DNA of 64,000 nt. It comes from an uncultured Desulfosarcina sp. Its GTDB lineage: Bacteria; Desulfobacterota; Desulfobacteria; Desulfobacterales; Desulfosarcinaceae. This document shows, one piece after another, positions 53,607-63,840 of the stretch (positions are counted from its first letter, which is position 1; every line of letters starts with the position of its first letter). The stretch is taken from NCBI GenBank assembly GCA_963674945.2, contig CAXXWQ010000003.1:896001-960000 (forward strand). The letters run 5' to 3'. The translations under genes were made by a program, and so were the position numbers. The notes under the pieces were generated by a model. The model ran no database searches. It saw only the letters and a program-made list of their open reading frames with translations, and was not told the DNA's origin.

Positions 53607-54731
53607 ATGGGACGAACACCTGTAAAAGATAAAACTCCGACACTGGATCTGGATGCCTTAGTCGCAGACGTCAAAGGCGTTTTGAAAAACGATTTAACCA
53701 TCCTAAAGGATGTTGAACGCTGGATACCAACCGGTATTCCTCAACTTGATCTTGCACTTGGCGGAGGCCTTCCCGTTGGAAGGCTTGTCACCATGATTGG
53801 CGCCAAAAGCGTTGGTAAATCCACTTTGAGCGTGCACTGCATGGCTCAAATCCAAAAGCACGACGGTATTGCTCTGGGCCTGGACGTTGAAAGGTCTAAT
53901 CTGAAAACCAGATGCGAAAAACAAGGACTCGACATGAGTCGTTTCCTGGGTTGTCAGCCTGAATCCCTTGATACCTATGAGGATGTCGATATCGACACCG
54001 GCAAGAAAGTGAAAGTGAAAGGCGCCTTTGATATCATGGAAAGCGTAATCAAGGTTTTACGTGCGAAAGATCGAAACGCATTGATCGGGATTGTTCTCGA
54101 TTCCGTCGCTGGCTCATCTGTTGCTCAGGAAATTGAATCCGATGTTGGAAAGGCCGGTATGGGTGCTCATGCACGGATCCTTTCTCAAGCGTTTCGAAAA
54201 CTCATGCCCGTGATCCATGATATGAACTGCGTATTGCTTCTGGTGAATCAACTCAAGCAAAAAATCGGCGTCATGTTTGGTAACCCGAATACCTACATCG
54301 GCCAAAACCCGATAGATTTTCACAGCGCCATCACCCTGGAGATGACCAAGGGCAAATCACACCCCGAAGGCACAACAGAAGCCGATGCTGAAGGCATCAT
54401 CACGAAAATCTATGTTTCAAAAAACAAAGTCGCCAGACCCTTTGGCAAGGTGGAATATATAACCTTTTTCGACCGAGGCATTGATGTACTTTGGGAATCC
54501 ATCGGATTCATCAAATCCAACAGTGATCGCCTTGGGACCGCCGCTGGTTATTATCTTTGGGATGGAAAAAACCGCCGTCTGAAAGAACTTTATGAGATGG
54601 CAATCGCCGATCCCAAAATGGCAACCAAGCTGAAAGGGATGGCAAGGGAGATAGTCAATGAAAAACTCAATGATCCTAAATCTAAGATGGATGGCACTGG
54701 TACTGAAGTATCTTCGACGGCTGCTTCCTGA
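53607..54731 (+). CDS. recA: RecA/UvsX-like recombinase
   Basis: PTG...LDLALGGGLP.GR, G..SVGKST, LDSVA, VNQLK.KIGVMFGNP, KNKVARP. Confidence 0.92.
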   Translation: MGRTPVKDKTPTLDLDALVADVKGVLKNDLTILKDVERWIPTGIPQLDLALGGGLPVGRLVTMIGAKSVGKSTLSVHCMAQIQKHDGIALGLDVERSNLKTRCEKQGLDMSRFLGCQPESLDTYEDVDIDTGKKVKVKGAFDIMESVIKVLRAKDRNALIGIVLDSVAGSSVAQEIESDVGKAGMGAHARILSQAFRKLMPVIHDMNCVLLLVNQLKQKIGVMFGNPNTYIGQNPIDFHSAITLEMTKGKSHPEGTTEADAEGIITKIYVSKNKVARPFGKVEYITFFDRGIDVLWESIGFIKSNSDRLGTAAGYYLWDGKNRRLKELYEMAIADPKMATKLKGMAREIVNEKLNDPKSKMDGTGTEVSSTAAS

Positions 54732-54855
54732 CGATTCCCGTTTGATTAAGGAAAACGAAAAGCTCGAACAAGACATCGCCCAGGAAGTAGAAGCCCATTA
54801 CAACCAATAACCCTTGACGCCCGGCTACAGCCGGGCGCACCAATGGAGAACATAA

Positions 54856-55956
54856 ATGAAATTCATCGCATACAGCGACCCGCATTGCCACCCGCATCAA
54901 AGCTATTCGAAAATCCTCCCCGACGGGATGAACAGCCGCCTGATGGATACCGTCGGAGCGGTAAGGAAAATCTATGACGCCGGAAACAAACTCAACATTC
55001 CCGTTGTCTCCGGTGGCGATTCATTTCAAATCAAAAACTCTGTAGATGTCATCACTAACAACGAATTCGAAAAAATCATCCGCAACCGAGCGAAATACGC
55101 GAACCCACATGCCACTGATATTATCAACATCGGAAACCATGATACGGCCACGCATGATGGTTCACGCCACGCGCTCGAACCGTTATCACACCTGAACGGC
55201 ATTTTCATTCCAATGAAACCGATAACCCATTTCGCAATATGGGGTAGCGAAAACGTGATGTTCTCGATCATCCCATACACCATGGAATATGGCCGGTTCA
55301 GCCCTGATAAGTTCAAAGCATGCCTCGATTCGGCCATCAAAGAAACTGCCCGAGTTAAACCCCGAACCTCTATATTGTTAGGCCACGCATACACCCACGA
55401 ATTGATGAAAAAATACCTCGACCGGGATGGCGACATTTATGGCCGGGAGCTGCTTAAACATTTTGATCTGACCTTGCTCGGTCATCATCATGTCCATGAC
55501 ACTATCCGGGGCGGTACGGATGGAGATGGCCGAATCAGGAAAGTCGTTTCAATCGGTTCCCCCATCCAGCTTAAAGCCGACGAACGAGGCGAAAAGAAAG
55601 GTTATCTCATCATCGATACGGATACCCTCGGCATCGAATTCGTTCCGCTTGAATCTCCCGAATTCCATCACTTCGACGGCGAGAAAGCCATCATCCCCGA
55701 AAAGATCTCCGGTGATTTCGTCACCGTCAAAGTCGGTTCCAAGGCGGAGCACACCCGCGTCAAAACCTTGCTGGAACGATATGGCGTCGCCGAATACCGG
55801 ATCGAAGTGATCCCAACCAAAAAGGAAACACGAATTGATCTGTCTCCGGGCGCCAAGGACGATGAGATCGTTACCAAATACCTCACATCGGAATGGGGCA
55901 AGACGGATCTCAACATCGATCGGTTGAAAACGCTCGGCTTGGAGTATCTCAAATAA
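54856..55956 (+). CDS. SbcD/Mre11-like metallophosphoesterase
   Basis: SDPH, GGD, GNHD, LGHHH, GSP. Confidence 0.88.
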   Translation: MKFIAYSDPHCHPHQSYSKILPDGMNSRLMDTVGAVRKIYDAGNKLNIPVVSGGDSFQIKNSVDVITNNEFEKIIRNRAKYANPHATDIINIGNHDTATHDGSRHALEPLSHLNGIFIPMKPITHFAIWGSENVMFSIIPYTMEYGRFSPDKFKACLDSAIKETARVKPRTSILLGHAYTHELMKKYLDRDGDIYGRELLKHFDLTLLGHHHVHDTIRGGTDGDGRIRKVVSIGSPIQLKADERGEKKGYLIIDTDTLGIEFVPLESPEFHHFDGEKAIIPEKISGDFVTVKVGSKAEHTRVKTLLERYGVAEYRIEVIPTKKETRIDLSPGAKDDEIVTKYLTSEWGKTDLNIDRLKTLGLEYLK

Positions 55957-55967
55957 CGGAGGAGACA

Positions 55968-56573
55968 ATGGAAATACCCAAACGACCAGTAATTCTCATC
56001 GACATGCCCGAATTGCCGGAGAAAAAACACCCCTCTCTGAAAGATCTGGAACCAGATCCAGATGACATATTCGCCGACGATGACGATTATGGAAAACCCG
56101 AGTTGCCATTTCGCCCCACCCCTCCTGCGGAATATAAAACATTTGAAGAATTGGGTTTTACTGAAGAACCGTATGTCATCGAATTCCGCGAAAAATACGG
56201 CAAATATCCAATTTTAGAACCGAATGGACCTCATCGGCTGCCGACCCGGTATACGGATGAAGGTGGCGAGAAAAAATATCACATGAAAACCACCTATCGG
56301 CCCGGCCAGAAATTTCAAATCATTGGAACCGAACCAGGGAAACGGAAAAAAGGCTCACTCAATATCGTTTTCATGCACCCCGAAGACGGAGACCAGCAGA
56401 TCGTTTTGACGCCGAAAGACATGATTACGAAGATGCGAATCAACACGACCGCAACCGAAATATCGGAAAAACCCGCCGAAGTCTTCGATATGAAACCGGA
56501 AGAAATCGGTGTCAGCTCGGATGTCAAAGAAATTCTGCAAAAACGAAAGAAGGAGGCATTTGTATCCATATGA
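55968..56573 (+). CDS. hypothetical protein
   Basis: GGAGG RBS; lies between the sbcD-like and sbcC-like genes. Confidence 0.7.
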   Translation: MEIPKRPVILIDMPELPEKKHPSLKDLEPDPDDIFADDDDYGKPELPFRPTPPAEYKTFEELGFTEEPYVIEFREKYGKYPILEPNGPHRLPTRYTDEGGEKKYHMKTTYRPGQKFQIIGTEPGKRKKGSLNIVFMHPEDGDQQIVLTPKDMITKMRINTTATEISEKPAEVFDMKPEEIGVSSDVKEILQKRKKEAFVSI

Positions 56574-58501
56574 AACTGAAATCCCTCTACATAGATTATT
56601 TCATGTCCTTTGGCCCCGGAAACGAAATACCCCTCGCTGATCGCGGTCTTGTCTTGATAAACGGCATCAACGAGATATCCGATTCCGCATCCAGCAACGG
56701 CGCTGGAAAAACCAATCTGCAGGAAGCCCTTTTATGGGCATTTTTCGGAGAAACCACGAAAGGCGTCCCCGTCAACAATGTCGTAAACAACATCCACGGA
56801 AAAGATTGTCTCGTAAGGGTCATTCTTGAAGACGGCGAGATCATTTACTACATCGAACGATATAGAAAACATTCGGAACACGGCGACGATTTGTTGTTTT
56901 ATCGGATCACCCCTGATGGCAAAGAAAGCCTGGCCGGCGTAGATAAGGCGGAAACGCAGAAACGCATTGAGCAATTCCTCGGCTGCGGATTCACCTTGTT
57001 CTGTAACAGTTCCTATTTTAGCCAAGTCAACGTCAAACCCTTTTCCACCTACACGGACAAACAGATCAAAGAAGTCTTCATCGATGCCCTGGATATGAAC
57101 CGGTTCACCGGGAAGGCATTGGAAAAAATACGGTTGGACCTGAAAACGCTCCGGGAGGAGCTTGCTACGATCCAGGGCCGCCGGTTGCGACTGAACGAAG
57201 AAATCGAAGAGGCAGAGAAACGGAAAACCGAATATCAACTCAAGCACACTGGATTCGCCGATGAGCAAAAGAAGGAACTCACCAAACTGGACGAGCAGAT
57301 CAACACCACATTGCGGCAGATAGGTTCCCTCAAAAGTCGCACCACCGAGATCGATACCATTAACACCGCAATTGCCGAACATGAAAAAACCGTCGCCAAA
57401 CTGCCGGAGAACCTCGACATTCAACGAAAGCTAAAAGCAACGGTGGATCGCTTCCGCGATTCATTCAATCTCATTCAACACAAGGCGGCGGACGCCAAAC
57501 GGCAAGCCGACACGAAGAACAAAGAAATGGTACAAGCCAGCAGCCGCATCGGCACCAATTGTACCGAATGTGGAAAACCCATCATCGAAGAAGACCTGGC
57601 CGGCGTCATCACCGGAATCAGATCGCAGATCGACGCCGTATCCGCCGACCTGGCCAAATACACCGATTTGACGGTCAAAGCCAAACCGGTTTTGGAGAAA
57701 TATCAAACCGAAGAGACCGCTATCAATTCCGAAATTGCCGCCTGTCAGAAGGCAGAGAAAATGATCGCAGAACTGAAAATCTCCCTCTCTCGCATCGAAG
57801 CATCCAAAAGGGAAATTTTTGTACTGGAGACCAACCTCAAGGCTCTTGAAGCAGCCAAATTGAAAAAAGCCGAAGAGAAATCACCATGGGAAGACTACAT
57901 CGAAAAGGAACAAACCACCATCGACGAGGCGCAAGTCAAAGTTAAAACTCTCGATGAGGTCGTTGCCGGGAAACAGGAAGAAATCAAATATGTGGAATAC
58001 TGGGAAGTTGGTTTTGGTTATTCCGGTATCCCTTCATTCCTGCTTGATACGGTGACCCCATTCCTCAATGAGCAAGCAAACCATCATTCGACCACGGTTA
58101 CCGGCGGTGAGATCGAAATTGATTTTTCCACGGTCACAAAAACCAAAAAAGGAGAATTAAAAGACAAGTTTCAAATCAACATTTCCCATAAATCCGGCGC
58201 AAAAGGTTACAAGGGAACAAGCGGAGGTGAAAGAAAACGCGCCGATGTCTGCATTGCCCAATCAATTCAAGATCTGGTCCGTTCATTCGGACGAAACACC
58301 CTTTCATATTGTTCCTATGATGAACCGTTTGAAAATCTGGATGGCGAAGGTGTCGGCAACGTCGTCAACATGCTCCAGGAGATTGCAAAAACGATCGGAA
58401 CCGTTCTGGTCGTCACCCACAACGATGAACTGAAAGCCCTGTTTGATAACACCATCACCGTCATTAAGGGAAAGGATGGCTATTCTCGAATCGTGGCTTA
58501 G
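56570..58501 (+). CDS. SbcC/Rad50-like ATPase
   Basis: NGAGKT, coiled coil with CTEC zinc hook, SGGERKR, YDEPF..LD, VTH. Confidence 0.93.
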   Translation: MKLKSLYIDYFMSFGPGNEIPLADRGLVLINGINEISDSASSNGAGKTNLQEALLWAFFGETTKGVPVNNVVNNIHGKDCLVRVILEDGEIIYYIERYRKHSEHGDDLLFYRITPDGKESLAGVDKAETQKRIEQFLGCGFTLFCNSSYFSQVNVKPFSTYTDKQIKEVFIDALDMNRFTGKALEKIRLDLKTLREELATIQGRRLRLNEEIEEAEKRKTEYQLKHTGFADEQKKELTKLDEQINTTLRQIGSLKSRTTEIDTINTAIAEHEKTVAKLPENLDIQRKLKATVDRFRDSFNLIQHKAADAKRQADTKNKEMVQASSRIGTNCTECGKPIIEEDLAGVITGIRSQIDAVSADLAKYTDLTVKAKPVLEKYQTEETAINSEIAACQKAEKMIAELKISLSRIEASKREIFVLETNLKALEAAKLKKAEEKSPWEDYIEKEQTTIDEAQVKVKTLDEVVAGKQEEIKYVEYWEVGFGYSGIPSFLLDTVTPFLNEQANHHSTTVTGGEIEIDFSTVTKTKKGELKDKFQINISHKSGAKGYKGTSGGERKRADVCIAQSIQDLVRSFGRNTLSYCSYDEPFENLDGEGVGNVVNMLQEIAKTIGTVLVVTHNDELKALFDNTITVIKGKDGYSRIVA

Positions 58502-58513
58502 AAAGGATTTGTC

Positions 58514-59002
58514 ATGGATTTAAAAGAGGTGAAAAAATTCTTTGTCGGCTTTTGCACGACCTGCAACAAAGAAGTCGACATCATCTCCAAAGATGAACTG
58601 AAACGGAGAAAAGCCAAACGGATCACCAGTAAATCCGCCAAACAGAAAGCCCGCCGGGCGCAACAGAAGGTCGCTGATATCCTGATTGAATCCCTCCATC
58701 TTCAACCCGAGGATGTCGAATCGATCACCATGGGACAATCCGGTCAGGATATTCGATTGACGGAAGCAGCCCGAAAGCGATGGCCGTTTCACGCCATGGA
58801 GGTGACATCATCCCTCAACCAAAGCGTCTGGGCCAAGTTCACCCAAGCGGAAGAACACGCCAAGAAACAGAAAACAGGAAAGGTGCCCGGCAATGGCCGG
58901 GCCATCCTCGTTTTCAAGAAAAACAACACCCCGCTGTTTGCGATGCTGACCTTTGAAGATCTTGTCGAGGCAATCCGGGAGAGAACGCGATTCCCTGTTT
59001 GA
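58514..59002 (+). CDS. PD-(D/E)xK Holliday junction resolvase-like protein
   Basis: S.TMGQSGQDI.L..AAR...P...E pattern; the expected ExK reads EVT. Confidence 0.6.
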   Translation: MDLKEVKKFFVGFCTTCNKEVDIISKDELKRRKAKRITSKSAKQKARRAQQKVADILIESLHLQPEDVESITMGQSGQDIRLTEAARKRWPFHAMEVTSSLNQSVWAKFTQAEEHAKKQKTGKVPGNGRAILVFKKNNTPLFAMLTFEDLVEAIRERTRFPV

Positions 59003-59089
59003 GAAAATAGAAGCCAAAAAGCGGCGATTAATTTTGATATACTTTTATACCCTGCCCATTGGATTTATACATCAGGAGAAGGAGCCAGC

Positions 59090-59626
59090 ATGATAAAACC
59101 AAAAATTCTCGGACTCGTAGACTCCGAAAACCTTTATTACAGCCCAAAAAAGCAATGGGGCACACCCGCCAAGGTTGATTACTACAAACTGTATAAACTC
59201 ATCACCCATGGCGGCCATCGTGATTCGGTTGTCATCGCATATCTCGTTACCGATCCCGTAATAAACCAGAACCGGTTCGTCGAACGATTGAAGCAAATCG
59301 GATATACCACGAAGATGAAAGTCATCTATTCGAAGCAAGGAAATTTTCAAAATTCCAACTGGGACCCTGAAATCATCCAAGATGGTCTCGAAATGATCGA
59401 CCAGGTTGACAAGCTCGTGATGGTATCAGGCGACGGCGGCTTCTCCGAGATGATCAAACACTACACCGCCAAAGACAAAGAGACTTCGGTTATCTGCTTC
59501 AAAGACAATTGTTCCTTTGCCCTGCAATGTGCCGACACTATTCAATATTTGGATCAACGAATATTGATGTCTCGCCCGAATTACCATCCCAACCTGTTGT
59601 CGGAGTGTCGTTTTCCGATGCGCTAA
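59090..59626 (+). CDS. NYN (LabA/DUF88) domain protein
   Basis: VDSENL, D....D, VSGDGGF. Confidence 0.8.
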   Translation: MIKPKILGLVDSENLYYSPKKQWGTPAKVDYYKLYKLITHGGHRDSVVIAYLVTDPVINQNRFVERLKQIGYTTKMKVIYSKQGNFQNSNWDPEIIQDGLEMIDQVDKLVMVSGDGGFSEMIKHYTAKDKETSVICFKDNCSFALQCADTIQYLDQRILMSRPNYHPNLLSECRFPMR

Positions 59627-59728
59627 ACTAATTACTTTCCAACATTGTAATTAATTACTTGTATTTTGAAAGCTCTTTTAGTAACAACATACCCCACTGC
59701 CATCATCTTCGATAACAATATGTTGTGG
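59624..59728. promoter_or_regulatory. two palindromic sites and an NrdR-box-like sequence upstream of the sigma-thyA-nrdJ cluster
   Basis: TAAACTAATTAC 59624-59635, GTAATTAATTAC 59647-59658, TAACAATATGTTGTGG 59713-59728. Confidence 0.6.
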
Positions 59729-59729
59729 G

Positions 59730-60452
59730 ATGCAAATGGAGCACATACCAGAATTAATAAAAAAAATCGTGGAGAATCAGGCCAGGATTCATGCGTATCA
59801 GATTTTTAGATATGGCCATATGTCTGCCAGCACCGAGGATTACGCCCAAGCGGCTTATGAAAAAATTTGGAAAAACGATCTTTGGTCTTCCGCCGATCAT
59901 GCTTTGATTTTTATCGTCGCCCGCCGAGCCTGCATGGATTTTTCCAGAAAAATAGTCCACGGATACAGGGAGAGAAAATTACCTACATTTGTAGAACTCG
60001 ATCGGGAAATTTATCAAGAATTTGATGACCATTATTTCGAAGTGCAATCTCTTGAAACTCTTTTCAACACCCTCGATCCAAAGAAAAGGATGATCGCTGA
60101 ACATCTAAGGGCAGGATATAAGCAAAAAGAAATCGGAGAGATGCTCGGGGTTACCGAATCCCGCATTAACCAAATTTGGAAAGAAATTCTGCAATCCCTT
60201 CGAAAGCAATACTTGAAGCCGTCAATCATTCGTCAATCCAAAGTCTCAAAAAAGCCAGAACATAAAGCCAAGATAATACCCTTTAAGAAACAACGCAGAC
60301 CGTCAAAACGCACCTGTAATGAAGAGGGGTGCAACTTACCTCACCAAGCCCTTGGCAAATGCAAAAAACATTATATGCGCGAGTATATGAGAAATTACTA
60401 TCACAAGAAAAGGAGTAAACATGCTGAAACGAATTTCCATCGAAGCTATTAG
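59730..60452 (+). CDS. sigma70-like factor with C-terminal Cys/His finger
   Basis: Region 2-like EDYAQAAY...R...DF.R; region 4 HTH GYKQKEIGEMLGVTESRINQ; C...GC...H...G.C..HY. Confidence 0.72.
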   Translation: MQMEHIPELIKKIVENQARIHAYQIFRYGHMSASTEDYAQAAYEKIWKNDLWSSADHALIFIVARRACMDFSRKIVHGYRERKLPTFVELDREIYQEFDDHYFEVQSLETLFNTLDPKKRMIAEHLRAGYKQKEIGEMLGVTESRINQIWKEILQSLRKQYLKPSIIRQSKVSKKPEHKAKIIPFKKQRRPSKRTCNEEGCNLPHQALGKCKKHYMREYMRNYYHKKRSKHAETNFHRSY

Positions 60453-61209
60453 TTCAAGTGATGCCTGGTTCCAATTGGTTTATGCTGCCGTTAATGAAGG
60501 ACGAGAATTCAAAATCGATCGTGGGTCATACGCTGGCCAGATCCGTTTGGAATTTGATTGGGTTGACATCCACATCCTCAAGCCATGGTTGCGGGATTCG
60601 GAAGGCCTGCCACTGATCCCTGAAGTGCCCGAAGGGATGAACATGCCGGCGCCCACGACTAAAGAGTATGTCCGTGGATATGGTCGCTACATCATGACAG
60701 GAGTTAAGGAACCTGGTGAAGATTATACCTATGGCGAACGTTTTTGTGCAGCAGTGATCGATCTCTGTTTATTGGATGTCCAGAAGACGCCATTAATGGA
60801 TCAATACATGGTTGCCAAAGCATTGACCGCCGACGCTACCCATTATGCAACCGGTCAGATTCTCAACCAGATTGAAGCTATTATCTATACCTATAAGGTT
60901 TTCGGCGCCCGCAACAACCAAATGGTGCTTCAGGTTGCCCAACCATCCGACCTCCTTCTTGAAGATCCACCCTGCCTCCGTCATATCGACACCCGCATTC
61001 AAGATGGCCAGCTTCATTTCTTCCCCTATTTCCGATCATGGGACCTATGGGGCGGTTTCCCAGCCAATATCGCCGGTATCTCGATGCTGCAAGAGCACAT
61101 GGCAAATGAGATCGGCGTCGCCCAAGGTGAAATGATCTGCTCAAGCAAAGGACTTCACATCTACGGTTATGCCAAAGATTTAGCCAAACTCCGCACGGGC
61201 GTTCAATAA
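60421..61209 (+). CDS. thyA: thymidylate synthase family protein
   Basis: YTYGER, PPCL, FRSWDLWGGFPAN, LHIY. Confidence 0.88.
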   Translation: MLKRISIEAISSSDAWFQLVYAAVNEGREFKIDRGSYAGQIRLEFDWVDIHILKPWLRDSEGLPLIPEVPEGMNMPAPTTKEYVRGYGRYIMTGVKEPGEDYTYGERFCAAVIDLCLLDVQKTPLMDQYMVAKALTADATHYATGQILNQIEAIIYTYKVFGARNNQMVLQVAQPSDLLLEDPPCLRHIDTRIQDGQLHFFPYFRSWDLWGGFPANIAGISMLQEHMANEIGVAQGEMICSSKGLHIYGYAKDLAKLRTGVQ

Positions 61210-61243
61210 GTCAAAAGCAGTTTGTCGCTCAAAAATCAGAAAA

Positions 61244-61288
61244 AATGAGCCGCAAACCTTTTTGTCATTAATCAATGAGCCGCAAACC
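61244..61288. repeat. 15-bp direct repeat with 30-bp period
   Basis: AATGAGCCGCAAACC at 61244-61258 and 61274-61288. Confidence 0.7.
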
Positions 61289-61309
61289 ATTAAAACGGAG
61301 ATCGTAACA

Positions 61310-61477
61310 ATGGGAGAAAAGTCTATTTCGCGGAATACCATCCTCCGCATCAAAGAATCAATCGACGCCAAAGCGATGAACCATGAAGCAATCGCTCAAA
61401 AGAATAATGTACCAATGGAATTGGTCAACGATATCGCATCCGGCAAACAATATGCCTGGATGTTCAAAAGGAGGTGA
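61310..61477 (+). CDS. small HTH-like protein
   Basis: HEAIAQKNNVPMELVNDIASGK. Confidence 0.55.
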   Translation: MGEKSISRNTILRIKESIDAKAMNHEAIAQKNNVPMELVNDIASGKQYAWMFKRR

Positions 61478-61480
61478 TCG

Positions 61481-63775
61481 ATGGTTCAGAAACTATCCGA
61501 TAATGCCTTAGCTGTTTATAAGAAATTGTATTTATCACAAATACTTGGTGAAACCGAACCATCACAGGTGCATCGCCGGGTTGCCGCATTTGCCGCTTCA
61601 TCAGAGCCAGAAAAAGGCCCGACAAATCGACAATTTATTGAAGACGTTTTTTTCAATATGATGGAAAAAAATCAATTCCGTCCCAACAGCCCCACAATGA
61701 TGAATGCCGGCGTTCACAAGAAGCCTCAACTTAGCGCCTGCTTCGTAGCAGACCTTCAGGATAATATGGAAAGCATTCTCGATTTCGACAGGGAAGCGGC
61801 TATCATTTACAAATCCGGCTCTGGAATCGGCGCCAACTATGGCATGTTGAGAGAAACGAATGCACCATTGTCAACCACTGGACGGTCTTCGGGTCCATTC
61901 GCATTCATACGGAAAAGCGCGATGACGGCTCACGCTGTGAGGTCGGGCGGAGCCAATCGAAGGGCGAGCCATATGGCAATGATGACCGATACTCACCCTG
62001 ATCTGTTGAAATTCATTTCCTTAAAGGCGGACAGTGATGAATTCGTGATTTTACCCACTGGCGAAAAAACACCTCTTTTCAGCGCAATGAATCTTTCAGT
62101 AGCGGTTTCGGATGCCATGATGCAAGCCGTCGAAAATGACAAAGATTGGAACCTCGTCGGTGTTGTCGATGGAAAAACAAAAGAAACCCTTCCCGCCAAA
62201 CTACTTTTCGAACAGATTTACGAAGCCGCATGGAAAAACGGCGACCCAGGCGTTTGGTTTATTGATCGGACCAATGAAGATAATACGGTGCCAAGTTTGG
62301 GCCGAATCGTCGCAACAAATCCATGCTCTGAACAGGCCCTTCTCCCCAGGGCCTCGTGTAATTTGGGTTCAATCAACGTAGCCGCTTTTGTTAAAAATCA
62401 AATTTTTGATTGGGAAGCGTTCAAGGCAACCACCCGGTGGGCAACCAGATTCCTTGATAATTGCATCGATCTTTCCGGATATCCCACGCCTGATTATGAA
62501 AAGATAGCATTGGATACCCGGCCGATCGGACTCGGGATAATGGGTTTTGCCGATGCTCTTATCTTGATGAAGATGAAGTACGATTCCGATGAAGCCATCG
62601 AATTTGCCAGGAAATTGGCCCGGACATTGACATCAACCGCCATTGGCGAATCTGCATTGCTTGCTCAAGCAAAAGGAGCGTTTCCACTTTTCAAGAAAAC
62701 CGAGAATCGCAATGCCTTGTTAAAAATCGTCAGAAAATTCGTCGATGATAAAGCCCTCATCAGCCAGATCCGGGATTCCGGTTTGCGGAATAGTCATTGG
62801 ACAACCATCGCACCGACGGGCAGCATATCGATATCCTGTGATTGCAGCCAGGGCATGGAACCACTTTTCGCCATTTGTTATGACAAGACAATTTCGGATA
62901 CCAACGAAGTTTGGACATTCGTAAATCCCATCTTCAAAGAGGCATATTCGAAATGTTCTTGGTATCCTGAATACATCAAAAAAATAGCAAAGAATCACGG
63001 ATCAATCGCCGGTTTGGACTTGCCAGTTGATGTCGAGATCTTCCTCACGGCTCATGATATTTACTGGAAAGGCCGCATCGACATACAGGCGGCGTTGCAA
63101 GAAGGGATATCCAATGCCATCAGTTCGACGATCAATCTTCCCAATCAAACCCCTCCAACGACAGTCAGAGATATTTACCGATACGCATGGAAAAAACGAT
63201 TAAAAGGTATCACTGTTTTTCGTGATGGGTGCCTTAAACATCAACCTGTCAATTTTGGCGGTAAAACCGAAGACGAATCTGAACCTTCGGGGCCAATAAA
63301 TCGTCCCAAAATTCGTCAGGGGTTCACCCATGAAGTCAAGACAGGTCATGGCAAAGTTTATTTCACCGTCAATTGCGACAGCAACGGCATGCCAATGGAA
63401 GTCTTTACCAATGGCGGGAAAAACGGCAGCGTCAATTCAGCCAATCTTGAAGCGATGGCTCGACTGGTTTCGATCGCGCTTCAAGAAGGTATTCATCCAG
63501 AACGTCTGGCCAGAACCATCGAGAATATTAACGATGGCACCATTGCCTGGGATAAACTTGCCGAATCGGACGAAAAAGCCATGCCGATTATCAGTATTCC
63601 AGATGCTATGGGCAAAATTCTACACCGATTTTATTGCACCAAAAACTCTTTCGCCGAAGCACAGATCAATATAGCCAATAATCAACCAATTCGAAGATGC
63701 GAAAAGTGCAACAGCCCAACCTACATGAGCGAAGGTTGTGAATTTTGCCCGAATTGCGGGTCCAAATGCGGATGA
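61481..63775 (+). CDS. nrdJ: adenosylcobalamin-dependent (class II) ribonucleotide reductase
   Basis: PNSPTMMNAG, SACF, TNPCSEQ, CNLGS, TIAPTG, C-terminal TSCPD-like region and Zn ribbon. Confidence 0.9.
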   Translation: MVQKLSDNALAVYKKLYLSQILGETEPSQVHRRVAAFAASSEPEKGPTNRQFIEDVFFNMMEKNQFRPNSPTMMNAGVHKKPQLSACFVADLQDNMESILDFDREAAIIYKSGSGIGANYGMLRETNAPLSTTGRSSGPFAFIRKSAMTAHAVRSGGANRRASHMAMMTDTHPDLLKFISLKADSDEFVILPTGEKTPLFSAMNLSVAVSDAMMQAVENDKDWNLVGVVDGKTKETLPAKLLFEQIYEAAWKNGDPGVWFIDRTNEDNTVPSLGRIVATNPCSEQALLPRASCNLGSINVAAFVKNQIFDWEAFKATTRWATRFLDNCIDLSGYPTPDYEKIALDTRPIGLGIMGFADALILMKMKYDSDEAIEFARKLARTLTSTAIGESALLAQAKGAFPLFKKTENRNALLKIVRKFVDDKALISQIRDSGLRNSHWTTIAPTGSISISCDCSQGMEPLFAICYDKTISDTNEVWTFVNPIFKEAYSKCSWYPEYIKKIAKNHGSIAGLDLPVDVEIFLTAHDIYWKGRIDIQAALQEGISNAISSTINLPNQTPPTTVRDIYRYAWKKRLKGITVFRDGCLKHQPVNFGGKTEDESEPSGPINRPKIRQGFTHEVKTGHGKVYFTVNCDSNGMPMEVFTNGGKNGSVNSANLEAMARLVSIALQEGIHPERLARTIENINDGTIAWDKLAESDEKAMPIISIPDAMGKILHRFYCTKNSFAEAQINIANNQPIRRCEKCNSPTYMSEGCEFCPNCGSKCG

Positions 63776-63840
63776 TCATTTTTATCTTTGGAACACATTC
63801 TAACTAATTACAATGATACAAAGTTATGGAAAGGGCTATC

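Noticed and set aside
60421..61209. dCMP hydroxymethylase as a second base modification
   Set aside because: The PAN Asn indicates dUMP specificity and no supporting kinase or glycosyltransferase is seen; dUMP hydroxymethylase cannot be fully excluded
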